The position numbers and the translations under genes were made by a program. DNA of 64,000 nt from Campylobacterota bacterium (GTDB lineage: Bacteria; Campylobacterota; Campylobacteria; Campylobacterales; Thiovulaceae), in the NCBI GenBank assembly GCA_030152305.1, contig JASKOM010000006.1, positions 11,515 through 75,514 on the forward strand. The letters are read 5' to 3'. Positions 20,712 to 29,982 of the stretch are shown piece by piece; the stretch's first letter is position 1; each line of letters opens with the position of its first letter. The notes beneath the pieces were generated by a model. It searched no databases, was not told where the DNA came from, and was given only the letters and a program-made list of their open reading frames with translations.

Positions 20712-22038
20712 GATTCAACTTCTTTTTTTATTTTCGGTTTCTGCAATTGGCATAACAACAACGATTATTCAAATTGATATTAATCGTTCTGAAAATGCTG
20801 AACTTTTTCATAAATTAATGACTAAAAGATATGATCAATTTGATGAACCACTCGAACGAGTTTCTCCAGAATTAGAAATTGAAATTTTAAAAAACGGTGA
20901 AAAAATCGAACCAAAACCGTTTCATAAATTAGATAAAAAAGATAAAGATTTTGATCGTTTTGATAAATTTGACAAACAGCATAAAATCGAATTTGAAAAA
21001 GAAAATAACAATTTAAATGACCAGAATGACGAATTTAAATTTCGGCAAAAGTTCAAACCTCATCGAGATCGTGATCATAAAAAACAAGAAATTATTTTAT
21101 ACGAATCTCATATATATTTTTTAATGCCAAATGGCAAAATATTTGATTCGCATGAAAATTTAATTACGAATTATCATCCGACATTTATCGGTTTAGCAAT
21201 TGCATTTTTGCTTTCAGCTCTTTTATTTTTTGTTCAGCGAAGTCTTCAACCATTGCGAAATCTTGAAATTGCAATTAGAAAATTTGGCGATCGCGAAGCT
21301 ATCCATGAAATAAAAAATATAAAATCTCACGATGAGGTCGGCAGAATTTGGAGTGAATTTTTGCGAACAGCTGAAAAAATAGACAGTCTTGAACGAGGTC
21401 GAGAGCTATTTTTAAGAAATATTTTGCATGAACTTAGAACACCGATTACAAAAGGCAAATTAGCTCTTGCACTTCTTGAACAGCGAGAACAACGACGAGA
21501 AACTGAAATTTTGAATCTTGTTTTCAATCGTCTTGATTCGCTTCTTGGCGAAATGGTAAATATCGAACGACTGGTTTCTCGAGCGGGAAATCAACAACCA
21601 ATGACAAAAGGCAATTTAAAAAATGTTATCGAAGAGGCTATCAAATTAGGTTTTATCGATATTAATAAAATAGAAATTTCTGGTGATGGCGATGCATATT
21701 TTGATCATTCATTATTATCGATTGGATTTAAAAATTTAATTGACAACGGAATAAAATATTCAGAAAATAATAAAATTAAAATAAAAATCATTAAAAATAA
21801 AATATATTTTATTTCAAAAGGTGATAAATTAAATAAAAGTTGGGATGAATATATTAGACCGTTTAATCATTCACAAATTACATCAAAACGAGGTTTTGGT
21901 TTAGGTTTATATATTACAAATGAAATAGCATTAAAACACGATTGGCTTTTAGTTTATAACTATATTTGCGGACATAATATTTTTATATTAAAAACAAACG
22001 GAATCGTTCAGACTCCGTCTGTTATCATGAAATATTAA
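20590..22038 (+). CDS. membrane sensor histidine kinase with HAMP domain (true start probably near 20680)
   Basis: Two TM helices, HAMP, LHELRTP, NLIDNGIKY, GFGLGL. Confidence 0.9.
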   Translation: MMLSLVGFDIKSKTIHEHQNIFYQSEESAINLFNRHSIIFKIQLLFLFSVSAIGITTTIIQIDINRSENAELFHKLMTKRYDQFDEPLERVSPELEIEILKNGEKIEPKPFHKLDKKDKDFDRFDKFDKQHKIEFEKENNNLNDQNDEFKFRQKFKPHRDRDHKKQEIILYESHIYFLMPNGKIFDSHENLITNYHPTFIGLAIAFLLSALLFFVQRSLQPLRNLEIAIRKFGDREAIHEIKNIKSHDEVGRIWSEFLRTAEKIDSLERGRELFLRNILHELRTPITKGKLALALLEQREQRRETEILNLVFNRLDSLLGEMVNIERLVSRAGNQQPMTKGNLKNVIEEAIKLGFIDINKIEISGDGDAYFDHSLLSIGFKNLIDNGIKYSENNKIKIKIIKNKIYFISKGDKLNKSWDEYIRPFNHSQITSKRGFGLGLYITNEIALKHDWLLVYNYICGHNIFILKTNGIVQTPSVIMKY

Positions 22039-23349
22039 CTATTTAATTAATAATTTTTCTAAGTCTTCTTTTGCTGTTGATGTCAAATGAAGATTAAATT
22101 GCTGAACAATAAAATTCGTGATATCTTCATTTAAAAATTGTGGAGCTTTTGGCCCAAGATAAATATTTTTAATTCCAAGTGAAAATAGAGCCAAAAGAAT
22201 AATTACAGCTTTTTGTTCCATCCACGAAAGAACTATCGAAATAGGCAATTCATTAATATTTTTATTAAGAGCATTTGCCAAAGCTACGGCAATTTGAATT
22301 GCACCGTTGCTATCGTTACATTGACCTAAATCTAAATATCGCGGAATATTCGTATCTGGAATATTTCCTAAATCTAAATCGTTAAATCTAAATTTTCCAC
22401 AACTTGAAGTTATGACAATACAGTCATTTGGCAATTGTTGAACAAATTCTCGATAATATTCTCCACCTTTACCAGGTGCATCGCAACCTGCAACAACAAA
22501 AAACTGTCGTATTTTTTTAGAATTCAAAGCATCTATAATTTCTCCAGCCATCGATAAAACAGTTCGATAATTATGTCCAGTTTGTAAAACCTCATCACTA
22601 ATAAAATCTACATCTGGCAACGATAAAGTCTGTTCGATAATTTCGTTAAAGTTTTCATTGTCTATTTTTTTAGCTCCTTCGACACCAACAATTTTATAAG
22701 TATATAAACGATCAAGATAATTTGCTGATTTTTTCGGCGGAACAATGCAATTCGTATTTACGATAATCGTTCCGTTCCAACTTTGAAATAATTTTGTTTG
22801 GTCAAACCAAGCTTCGCCAATATTGCCTTTTAAATGCGAATATTTTTTTAATTGCGGATAACCATGAGCTGGAAGCATTTCAGAATGTGTATAAATATTT
22901 ATATTTTTGCCGTTTGTTGCCTCGAGCAATTTTTCAAGCATAAATAAATTATGTCCGCTGACAAGAATTGCTTTGCCTGAAGCTGAATTTTGTGAAACAG
23001 TAATCGGTTTTGGAATGCCAAATTTTTCAACATGAGCATCACCAAGAAGATTCATAACTTCGACACCAGCTCGACCAACTCGCATAAGTTGAGCGATATG
23101 TTCATCAAAATTAAAATTAACATTTGTCAAAGTAAAATACAAAGTTTCGCTGATAACATCGTCTACATTTTTTGTCATTTCAGGTTTTAATTCATTTAAA
23201 TGTTCTCGATAAGCACTTAAACCTTTTAAACCAAAAATCATAATATCTTGAAGTCGAGCAAGATTTTCATCTTTTCCACAAGTTCCGACATGTTGTCCGC
23301 CGATTCCACAACCGCCAGACATACTCATTTCGCATTGATAACAAAACAT
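22039..23349 (-). CDS. hcp: hybrid cluster protein (hydroxylamine/NO reductase)
   Basis: MFCYQCE...GC...GTCGK N-terminus, YTHSEMLPAHGYP, GCD, GQCND, SWMEQKA. Confidence 0.95.
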   Translation of the reverse strand: MFCYQCEMSMSGGCGIGGQHVGTCGKDENLARLQDIMIFGLKGLSAYREHLNELKPEMTKNVDDVISETLYFTLTNVNFNFDEHIAQLMRVGRAGVEVMNLLGDAHVEKFGIPKPITVSQNSASGKAILVSGHNLFMLEKLLEATNGKNINIYTHSEMLPAHGYPQLKKYSHLKGNIGEAWFDQTKLFQSWNGTIIVNTNCIVPPKKSANYLDRLYTYKIVGVEGAKKIDNENFNEIIEQTLSLPDVDFISDEVLQTGHNYRTVLSMAGEIIDALNSKKIRQFFVVAGCDAPGKGGEYYREFVQQLPNDCIVITSSCGKFRFNDLDLGNIPDTNIPRYLDLGQCNDSNGAIQIAVALANALNKNINELPISIVLSWMEQKAVIILLALFSLGIKNIYLGPKAPQFLNEDITNFIVQQFNLHLTSTAKEDLEKLLIK

Positions 23350-23414
23350 TTCATATTCCTTTAAATAAATTATAAATTTAAAAGAAATATTACAAGTTAA
23401 GTTTTGCTTATATT

Positions 23415-23428
23415 TTAATCAGAATCAA
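23415..23428 (-). promoter_or_regulatory. FNR-type box upstream of hcp
   Basis: Minus strand TTGAT-TCTG-ATTAA (consensus TTGAT-N4-ATCAA, one mismatch), centred at -41.5 if TAATAT at 23387-23392 is the -10 element. Confidence 0.65.
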
Positions 23429-23469
23429 GAAATATTAAAAAAAAATTAGCTATGAATCAAAGTTTTTCG

Positions 23470-23491
23470 CTCCTCCGTTTGATTGGAGGAG
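23470..23491. terminator. GC-rich stem-loop downstream of the 1272-aa surface protein gene
   Basis: CTCCTCC-8 nt-GGAGGAG; no clean U-tract on the minus strand. Confidence 0.4.
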
Positions 23492-23531
23492 GAAATAGGG
23501 GTTTTAGAAGTTTGTGTTAAGCGAGAAAAGA

Positions 23532-26500
23532 TTAGTAAGCTATTACTTGACCTGTTGTCATATAAATATTTGAACTTGTGAAATTAATTGAACCACCATC
23601 TGCATTATGTAAAGCAGCTAAAGTTGTTCTATAAATAGCACCAGCATAATTAACAAATACATATTTTGACGAAGTTGAAGCATATAATCTACCATCAAAA
23701 TTAATTGTAGCTACATGAGTTCCATCAACTTTAACTTGAACGATTTTAATGTCATTTGGTGAAAGACCATCAGTAGCAATGCTTGTATTTGTTTCATAAG
23801 AAATTGTTACACTGTTACCGTTGTTTCCAACTAAAGTAAATCCTGTATTTCCATTATCAACAATTGTTGTGCTTTGGCAAGTTGCATCGTATGATTTTGA
23901 GACACTATTTGATGTTGTTGTCGCATCGACTCCAACTATTGAAGCATTTTTATAAATTGGATAGAAAACATCGTTATATGCATCACCAAATCTTCCACTT
24001 CCTGAAGCTGGGTTTTTGTTAAATTCGCCTGTTCCAGATACAGAAATCATTCTATATGCTCCAAGATCTGTTGAGAAGCTAGAAGCTTTAGCACATAAGT
24101 TATATCCTGTTGAGAAGTTGCTATCTAATTTATTTTTTGTTAAATCACTCTCATTAATATCTGTGCTGTATAGATAATTTGTTACACCAGTTGAACCAAC
24201 AATAGCTACAGTTCTTGTGTCGCCATTTGTTAATGATGTTGTTGGTTTAGCAGGTATTGATTTATCAAAGCTTGTAGAAGCAGTTGTATAGAAGTTTTCT
24301 TTTGTAAATAAAGTCGCAGTTACATTAAGTGTTCCACTTCCTAAATTACCTAAACTATATTCTGAAAAGTTTGCAGTCCATCTATTACCAGATGGAGTTA
24401 AAGAAATTTCTTTACCACCAATTGTTGCAATACCTCTATCAATGAATGAAGCATTTGCTAATCCTGTAACATCAACAGTGATAGCACCATCTCTAATTGC
24501 ATTAACTGTTGTATAATCATCTGTGTTAGATGCTGTATCGTTTAATATGTCGTGATCATATAAAATTCCACTAATAGTAACTTTTCCAGCTATATCTCCA
24601 GGTTGGCTACCGTCATTAATTAAATAAACCCAATAGCCTTTTTCTTTTTCAAATGAGAATAAATTATAACTATCTGTTGCATCAAACCATTCTGTATTGT
24701 CTTTTGTTAAATCAACAAAGTTCCAGCCTAAAGAACCTGAACTATTTTCGTTTGTAGAAAGAACTTTTTTAACTTTTAGATTTGTTTGTTCTTGAAGTGT
24801 AACAACTGGATTCGCTTGACTTACTGGAAGAACAGTAGCAAAAACTTTATTGTAACCTAAATCATCTACAAGAGTTTTGATTGTTGAAATATTCGACTCT
24901 GTTGAACCTTTTGTAATTGTTGAACCAGTTTGATCAACTCGTGTGTGAGTTGTTGATTTTGTTGAAGCTGGAGAGAATCTAATATTATCGTATGTTGCAT
25001 TTGTGTCATTACTTTCAAAGAAAAACTGTCCAGTAATAGTTACAGTTGTTTTTACAGTTGGTGTTGCTGTTGCTGTTGCTGTTGTTGTTGCTGTTGCTTT
25101 TAAATTAGATGTTGAGTATGTATCAAAATATCTGTTAATAACTTCTGATAAAGCAGTTGCATATGTTTCATTAGTTTCAGAAGCACCAGAAGCAATAGAT
25201 ACATTTACCTCTCTATTTGATAAAGAGTATGTTATATCACTATCTGTTGTTGTAGCAGAATATGAACCTGAAGTTAAACCTACACCTAATTTAATTGAAA
25301 CATTATAATCTCTGCCACTTGTTCCATTATAATCTATAGCAAGATTAGAAATATTAAGTTCAGCTACTTTGTCTGTAACAGAGATACCATTTGTTTCGTT
25401 GACTTCAACTACTAAAGTAACAGTTGTTGTATTGTAGTCTTCGTAATATTTGATACCTGCTCTTGCAAGATTTTCAAGTGTGTAAACTTCTTGAATTGTT
25501 CCTGAAGCATTAAAGTCAGCTATTGGATCAGTAATTAATTTAAGTCTGCTTGTGCCATAACTTTGATTGACTTTGAAGTCTTTAATATCTGTGTTAGATG
25601 AGCCAACATATAAATATCCTGAAGATACGGCAGAATAAAGTTTTAAACCGTTTCCAGCTGTGTTAATTTCTGTTGAGAAATTAGTAGTTGTATTTGATTC
25701 ATTAGCAGTTATGTTGATATCATAGCTACCATTTAAATCAATTACATATCTACCACTAACTGAACCACTAGTTTCAACAAGAGCTAAATACGGTTTAACA
25801 ATTGTTAAATCTCTAACATAGAAGTTTTCAGGTTCAACAACTAGAATAGTTTCAGCAAGACCGTCAAAGTTTGTGTCAATTCTAATTGTTGTTGTGTTAG
25901 TTTCTAAATTTGTTTGAGCTGTTGACATACTTGTTTTTAAACTAATATTATTAGTGCCGTTAAAGTCTATTTTTCCATCGTTGACTGCAAAGTAGTTATC
26001 AGTAAATGATGCATTATTTGAAGCAAGTCTTAAACCTAATACATATTGACCATATGTTGAAGTAACACCTGTGTCATTAACATCTAATCCAGAACTTCCA
26101 CTATAATTTAAATCCCAAGCTTGACTAACACCATCAGTCGTTCCAGATGAACCAACAATTTTAAATTGTTTATCTGAAATTAAAATAATATTGCTTTCTG
26201 TTGCTGATGGATATGCAACAAGGTTAAAGTTTTTAAAAAGAGCTCCATATGCTTTTGCTTGAGCGATTTTTTTATTGATACCTTGAGCAACTTGTGAAAT
26301 ATTATTATCGTGTCCTGTTACAGTATCAACTGTTATATTCACATCAACACTGTCAATTCCACCAAGATCTTTCAAAGCAATGTTAACAGAAGAGTTTCTA
26401 TCAATCTCAATAATTAAACCAGTTGCTCCAGCTTGAGTTAGCATTGCATCATTGAAAGAAAGCAAGTTCCAACCTTCAACAGGAGAAACATTTGTATAAT

Positions 26501-27350
26501 CTGTCGCAGAAATACCAACTTCACCTAAAATCAAACCAGCTTCATTTGTGTTTCCAGCATGGTCAAATTTAACCCAGTAAGCTTTACCTTTTTCAAGAGC
26601 TGAAAAATCATTTGCTAAAACTGTATTATTGCTTTTTACATATGCTTTCCATTGACCAGCATCTGCATCATACCAATAAATTCTAATAGCATCTGTTGTT
26701 GACATAGCATCTTGATGTGTAGCTTGAACATAATCATTTTTTATACCCGACTTACCAACTTGCCCTGGATTATTAGATATATTTCTATCTAATATATAAG
26801 AAACATTTAAATTTCCATCCACATTAGCTGTTGATGAAGATGTAGATGTAAGAGATTGAGGATTTGAATAAGTAGCATTTGACTCAAAAGTTCCAGAATA
26901 ATTATTTGTTCCAAGTGTCAAATAAAAAGTTGCACCTTCATAATTTGCTTGATATTTAATCCTAACATCTGGCAAATTACCTGCTTCATCTTTTACATAC
27001 ATTTCTCTCATCGCATATGTTGCACTATAATCACTCACAGCTGTATCAATAGTCATTACAGCACTTGTAAATTCGGAAGAAGATGTGTGGTTAATTACCA
27101 TAAAAGAAACAACTGGTAGTGCTGAATCTCCTTTTGGAATACTTGTGAATGAATTATCGTCAACAGTTTCAGTTGCACTTTCCATAGTTGATGTATTTAC
27201 TGCACCTGTTTCATTAAATCCGCCATTAACACCAATTAGTTTCCATGAATTATCAGGCAATTTAATATCAATTAGGTTGTTGGCTGAAACAGCTGAAGAC
27301 ATTAAGCCGAGTGCGGATAGAACCGCTAGGCTGAACTTTGAAGTTCTCAT
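23532..27350 (-). CDS. large secreted Thr/Ser/Asn-rich protein, S-layer/surface-protein-like
   Basis: Sec signal (AVSA), 1272 aa, low Cys, beta-rich composition, TATTTATATATPT linker, GWNL/WKAY/GYWV motifs. Confidence 0.65.
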   Translation of the reverse strand: MRTSKFSLAVLSALGLMSSAVSANNLIDIKLPDNSWKLIGVNGGFNETGAVNTSTMESATETVDDNSFTSIPKGDSALPVVSFMVINHTSSSEFTSAVMTIDTAVSDYSATYAMREMYVKDEAGNLPDVRIKYQANYEGATFYLTLGTNNYSGTFESNATYSNPQSLTSTSSSTANVDGNLNVSYILDRNISNNPGQVGKSGIKNDYVQATHQDAMSTTDAIRIYWYDADAGQWKAYVKSNNTVLANDFSALEKGKAYWVKFDHAGNTNEAGLILGEVGISATDYTNVSPVEGWNLLSFNDAMLTQAGATGLIIEIDRNSSVNIALKDLGGIDSVDVNITVDTVTGHDNNISQVAQGINKKIAQAKAYGALFKNFNLVAYPSATESNIILISDKQFKIVGSSGTTDGVSQAWDLNYSGSSGLDVNDTGVTSTYGQYVLGLRLASNNASFTDNYFAVNDGKIDFNGTNNISLKTSMSTAQTNLETNTTTIRIDTNFDGLAETILVVEPENFYVRDLTIVKPYLALVETSGSVSGRYVIDLNGSYDINITANESNTTTNFSTEINTAGNGLKLYSAVSSGYLYVGSSNTDIKDFKVNQSYGTSRLKLITDPIADFNASGTIQEVYTLENLARAGIKYYEDYNTTTVTLVVEVNETNGISVTDKVAELNISNLAIDYNGTSGRDYNVSIKLGVGLTSGSYSATTTDSDITYSLSNREVNVSIASGASETNETYATALSEVINRYFDTYSTSNLKATATTTATATATPTVKTTVTITGQFFFESNDTNATYDNIRFSPASTKSTTHTRVDQTGSTITKGSTESNISTIKTLVDDLGYNKVFATVLPVSQANPVVTLQEQTNLKVKKVLSTNENSSGSLGWNFVDLTKDNTEWFDATDSYNLFSFEKEKGYWVYLINDGSQPGDIAGKVTISGILYDHDILNDTASNTDDYTTVNAIRDGAITVDVTGLANASFIDRGIATIGGKEISLTPSGNRWTANFSEYSLGNLGSGTLNVTATLFTKENFYTTASTSFDKSIPAKPTTSLTNGDTRTVAIVGSTGVTNYLYSTDINESDLTKNKLDSNFSTGYNLCAKASSFSTDLGAYRMISVSGTGEFNKNPASGSGRFGDAYNDVFYPIYKNASIVGVDATTTSNSVSKSYDATCQSTTIVDNGNTGFTLVGNNGNSVTISYETNTSIATDGLSPNDIKIVQVKVDGTHVATINFDGRLYASTSSKYVFVNYAGAIYRTTLAALHNADGGSINFTSSNIYMTTGQVIAY

Positions 27351-27415
27351 TTTTTAAACCCCTATTTTTTTATTTTCTAAACTAAATTATCGTCTCTTTG
27401 AAACTTTTGTTTAAC

Positions 27416-28117
27416 CTATTTATTTTTCGGTTGTTCCAAAAATTCAATTTGAATATTACCAGTTTGAGATATTTTAATCTCTCTTACATCGCCCTTTTTT
27501 GTTTTTAACTTTATAGAGTCAAATTCGATTTTGATGATTTTTGAATTATCGACCTCATCGCCGACTCTATACCAACGACCTGAAAGTTTAGCTTGATCGT
27601 CAAAAATCATTTCTAAAACAGGATCGATCTGTTTTGCTGTGTTATTAGCTTTGTTTAATTTTTCGCTCTTTTCAAGAACTATTTCTTCATCAAGTCGTCT
27701 AAAACATTCTTCGCTTTCTTGAATATGATTAATAATAGATCTATAAACTTTATCGTTCATTCCTGAAATATTTTTTATATCTTCTATTTTTTTTATTCCG
27801 AAACTTGTGCGATAGCCAACGATTATTCTAGCAAGACGTCGATCAATGCCTTCTATTTCCATGAATTGATCTCTCGTTGCGAATTGTATATCAAATCTTT
27901 TACAATTTCCTTTTTGATCGATTTCAACTTGTGGAGCTGGTTCATCAACTTCAAGAATAAAAGGACATTCGACACCGTCAAACTTATTTTCATCTATTGG
28001 CTCACGGTGATTTTGAATTCCGTTCATAATATTATTTAATTTTGTTGTGAAATTATTAATATCAGCGAATAATAAAACGATTGATGATGAGGTAACTAAA
28101 ACAAAAAATTTTAACAA
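27416..28117 (-). CDS. ComEA-like helix-hairpin-helix DNA-binding domain fused to a PilP/GspB-like beta domain
   Basis: IQFATRDQFMEIEGIDRRLARIIVGYR...IEDIKNISGM (HhH pair); LEMIFDDQAKLSGRWYRVGDEV...IIKIEFDSI; N-terminal hydrophobic segment. Confidence 0.65.
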   Translation of the reverse strand: MLKFFVLVTSSSIVLLFADINNFTTKLNNIMNGIQNHREPIDENKFDGVECPFILEVDEPAPQVEIDQKGNCKRFDIQFATRDQFMEIEGIDRRLARIIVGYRTSFGIKKIEDIKNISGMNDKVYRSIINHIQESEECFRRLDEEIVLEKSEKLNKANNTAKQIDPVLEMIFDDQAKLSGRWYRVGDEVDNSKIIKIEFDSIKLKTKKGDVREIKISQTGNIQIEFLEQPKNK

Positions 28118-28139
28118 AATATTAACTCTGGATAAATGG

Positions 28140-28529
28140 TTATTTTTGTTTTTCGCTATCGAATTCGATCACTGTATGAACATTACCACGAGGATTAAAA
28201 TCGGCTCGTAATTTTAAATAATGTGGTTCTAATTTTTTTATTAAAACTCCATAGACCTCATCGGCACTTTCTTCATGTGAAATATAACGATTTCTAAACG
28301 AATTTATATATAATTTAAGAGCTTTTAATTCAACGACATATTTATTTGGAATATATTCGATATAAAATTTTGCATAATCAGGATAACCGCTTCTTGGACA
28401 TAAAGCCGAAAATTCGGGTAATTCAATCATGATTTTATATCGATTTTGACATCGATTTTCCCATAATTCTAAATCTTGCTCAACAGCAAAATGTTCAATT
28501 TCTATTTCACCATATTTTTTTTCTGTCAA
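28140..28529 (-). CDS. queF: NADPH-dependent 7-cyano-7-deazaguanine reductase
   Basis: PEFSALCPRSGYPD, VELKALKLY, SHE, PRG. Confidence 0.95.
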   Translation of the reverse strand: MTEKKYGEIEIEHFAVEQDLELWENRCQNRYKIMIELPEFSALCPRSGYPDYAKFYIEYIPNKYVVELKALKLYINSFRNRYISHEESADEVYGVLIKKLEPHYLKLRADFNPRGNVHTVIEFDSEKQK

Positions 28530-28554
28530 ACTTTTAAGTCTCCTTGTAATTAAT

Positions 28555-29982
28555 TTAACTATGAGATGAATTTTTTAATTCGCGAATAAATTGTATCTGT
28601 TTATTCGATAAATAATCAGATATTTTTATGTTATCGTTTGGCAAAGTTATCAACCGTAAATCAACATACGATAAATCTTTACCGTTTTCGATTTCAATGA
28701 TCGAACATTCACCAAAAATATTATGATTTTCCCCCCGAATATTTAACGAAAACGAAATAGTTAATTTTTCATTTAAGTCAAATAAAAACTGTTCTGTAAA
28801 TATCGAAGAAATTTCTTCAAGCGATAATTCGACAATTTTACCAATAACAGAAATTTTTTGATTACTAATCGTGATATTTACATCATCTTCAATAGCTAAT
28901 TTCATCATATTACTTTTTATAAACGACGAATCTATTATTTCGAAACTTGATAAAACAGCATGAGCTTTTTTTAAATCAATAGTTTCGATACCTGCTCGAA
29001 CAGTTTTATTAAGAGTTGCACTATGAAAATAAGTAGCTTTTTCGCTATTAATAATCGAAAGCTGAAGAGGACGAATATTATGAAGTTCTAATTTGCCATT
29101 AAATAATATCATATCCGAATCATGTGAAATTAACATGCCTTTATATCTATTAAATATTCTAATCGTTTTACCATCAAGAAATTCGGCAAATAATTCTTCT
29201 CGCCAAATATTAAAATCGATATCGCGATTAATATTATAATAATCTCCATTTAAAGCTTCACGAATCTTAGAAATAAAATCAACATCATTTTCGATTCGTT
29301 TAAAGCTAATTATCGTATTTTTCAGGGAAGTTATATCGATATTTAAATCTTCTGATATTTGAGTTGTTAAACGATTAGTTAATATTTCTGCACCATTCCA
29401 ACCTGTGTGAGGCAAAACCATACCAAATTTATTGCCACCTGCGATCCAAAGAGAATCGAATTCTCTAATTTTCGAAGCAAAAAATTTAATAACTTTATCT
29501 ATAAATTTTGTATCACTTAATTTAAATAAAACAACAACCAATGGATATCTATATCGTTTTGCTCGTCTAACTTCACTTGTAATCGAATCTTTAAAATTTT
29601 CAAAATCATAATAAATATTTGGACTTTTTTTTATTTTTACAGATTCTATTCCAATATCTTTTTTAGAATGATTAATATATTCTAATGATTTATTCTCATC
29701 AAGAATTATTCCGATTGAGCCATTATCATTATCGATAAATTTGCCTTCTCGTTCGATAAATACGATATCAGTAGATACTTTTCTTAATAATTCGAGTTCA
29801 TCATCGGATTCAATTTGATATGAGCCATCTATAATAAATAAATCGCCTCGTTCAAAATTCAAAAACTGAACTCCATTTGATAAAATCGTTGTAAAAAAAA
29901 TATTTTCTCCAAATCTCGTTAAAGTTTCACCAATATTAGAAATATTTCTAAAATCTTTATAAACAACAACTACATTTTTCAT
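28555..29982 (-). CDS. degenerate GGDEF domain protein with PilZ-like C-terminal region
   Basis: EVRRAKRYRYPL...IREFD...GGNKFGMVLPHT; C-terminal beta-barrel-like segment. Confidence 0.6.
   Translation of the reverse strand: MKNVVVVYKDFRNISNIGETLTRFGENIFFTTILSNGVQFLNFERGDLFIIDGSYQIESDDELELLRKVSTDIVFIEREGKFIDNDNGSIGIILDENKSLEYINHSKKDIGIESVKIKKSPNIYYDFENFKDSITSEVRRAKRYRYPLVVVLFKLSDTKFIDKVIKFFASKIREFDSLWIAGGNKFGMVLPHTGWNGAEILTNRLTTQISEDLNIDITSLKNTIISFKRIENDVDFISKIREALNGDYYNINRDIDFNIWREELFAEFLDGKTIRIFNRYKGMLISHDSDMILFNGKLELHNIRPLQLSIINSEKATYFHSATLNKTVRAGIETIDLKKAHAVLSSFEIIDSSFIKSNMMKLAIEDDVNITISNQKISVIGKIVELSLEEISSIFTEQFLFDLNEKLTISFSLNIRGENHNIFGECSIIEIENGKDLSYVDLRLITLPNDNIKISDYLSNKQIQFIRELKNSSHS

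Noticed and set aside
25058-25100. GTTGCT-type microsatellite as a phase-variation tract
   Set aside because: It is imperfect, with a unit length that is a multiple of 3, and simply encodes a Thr/Ala linker.
22597-27551. Absence of the 8-mer from the S-layer-like gene as proof of foreign origin
   Set aside because: Similar gaps occur at 46649-51116 and 56314-61733; with about 1 copy per 1.6 kb a gap of this size is not significant.
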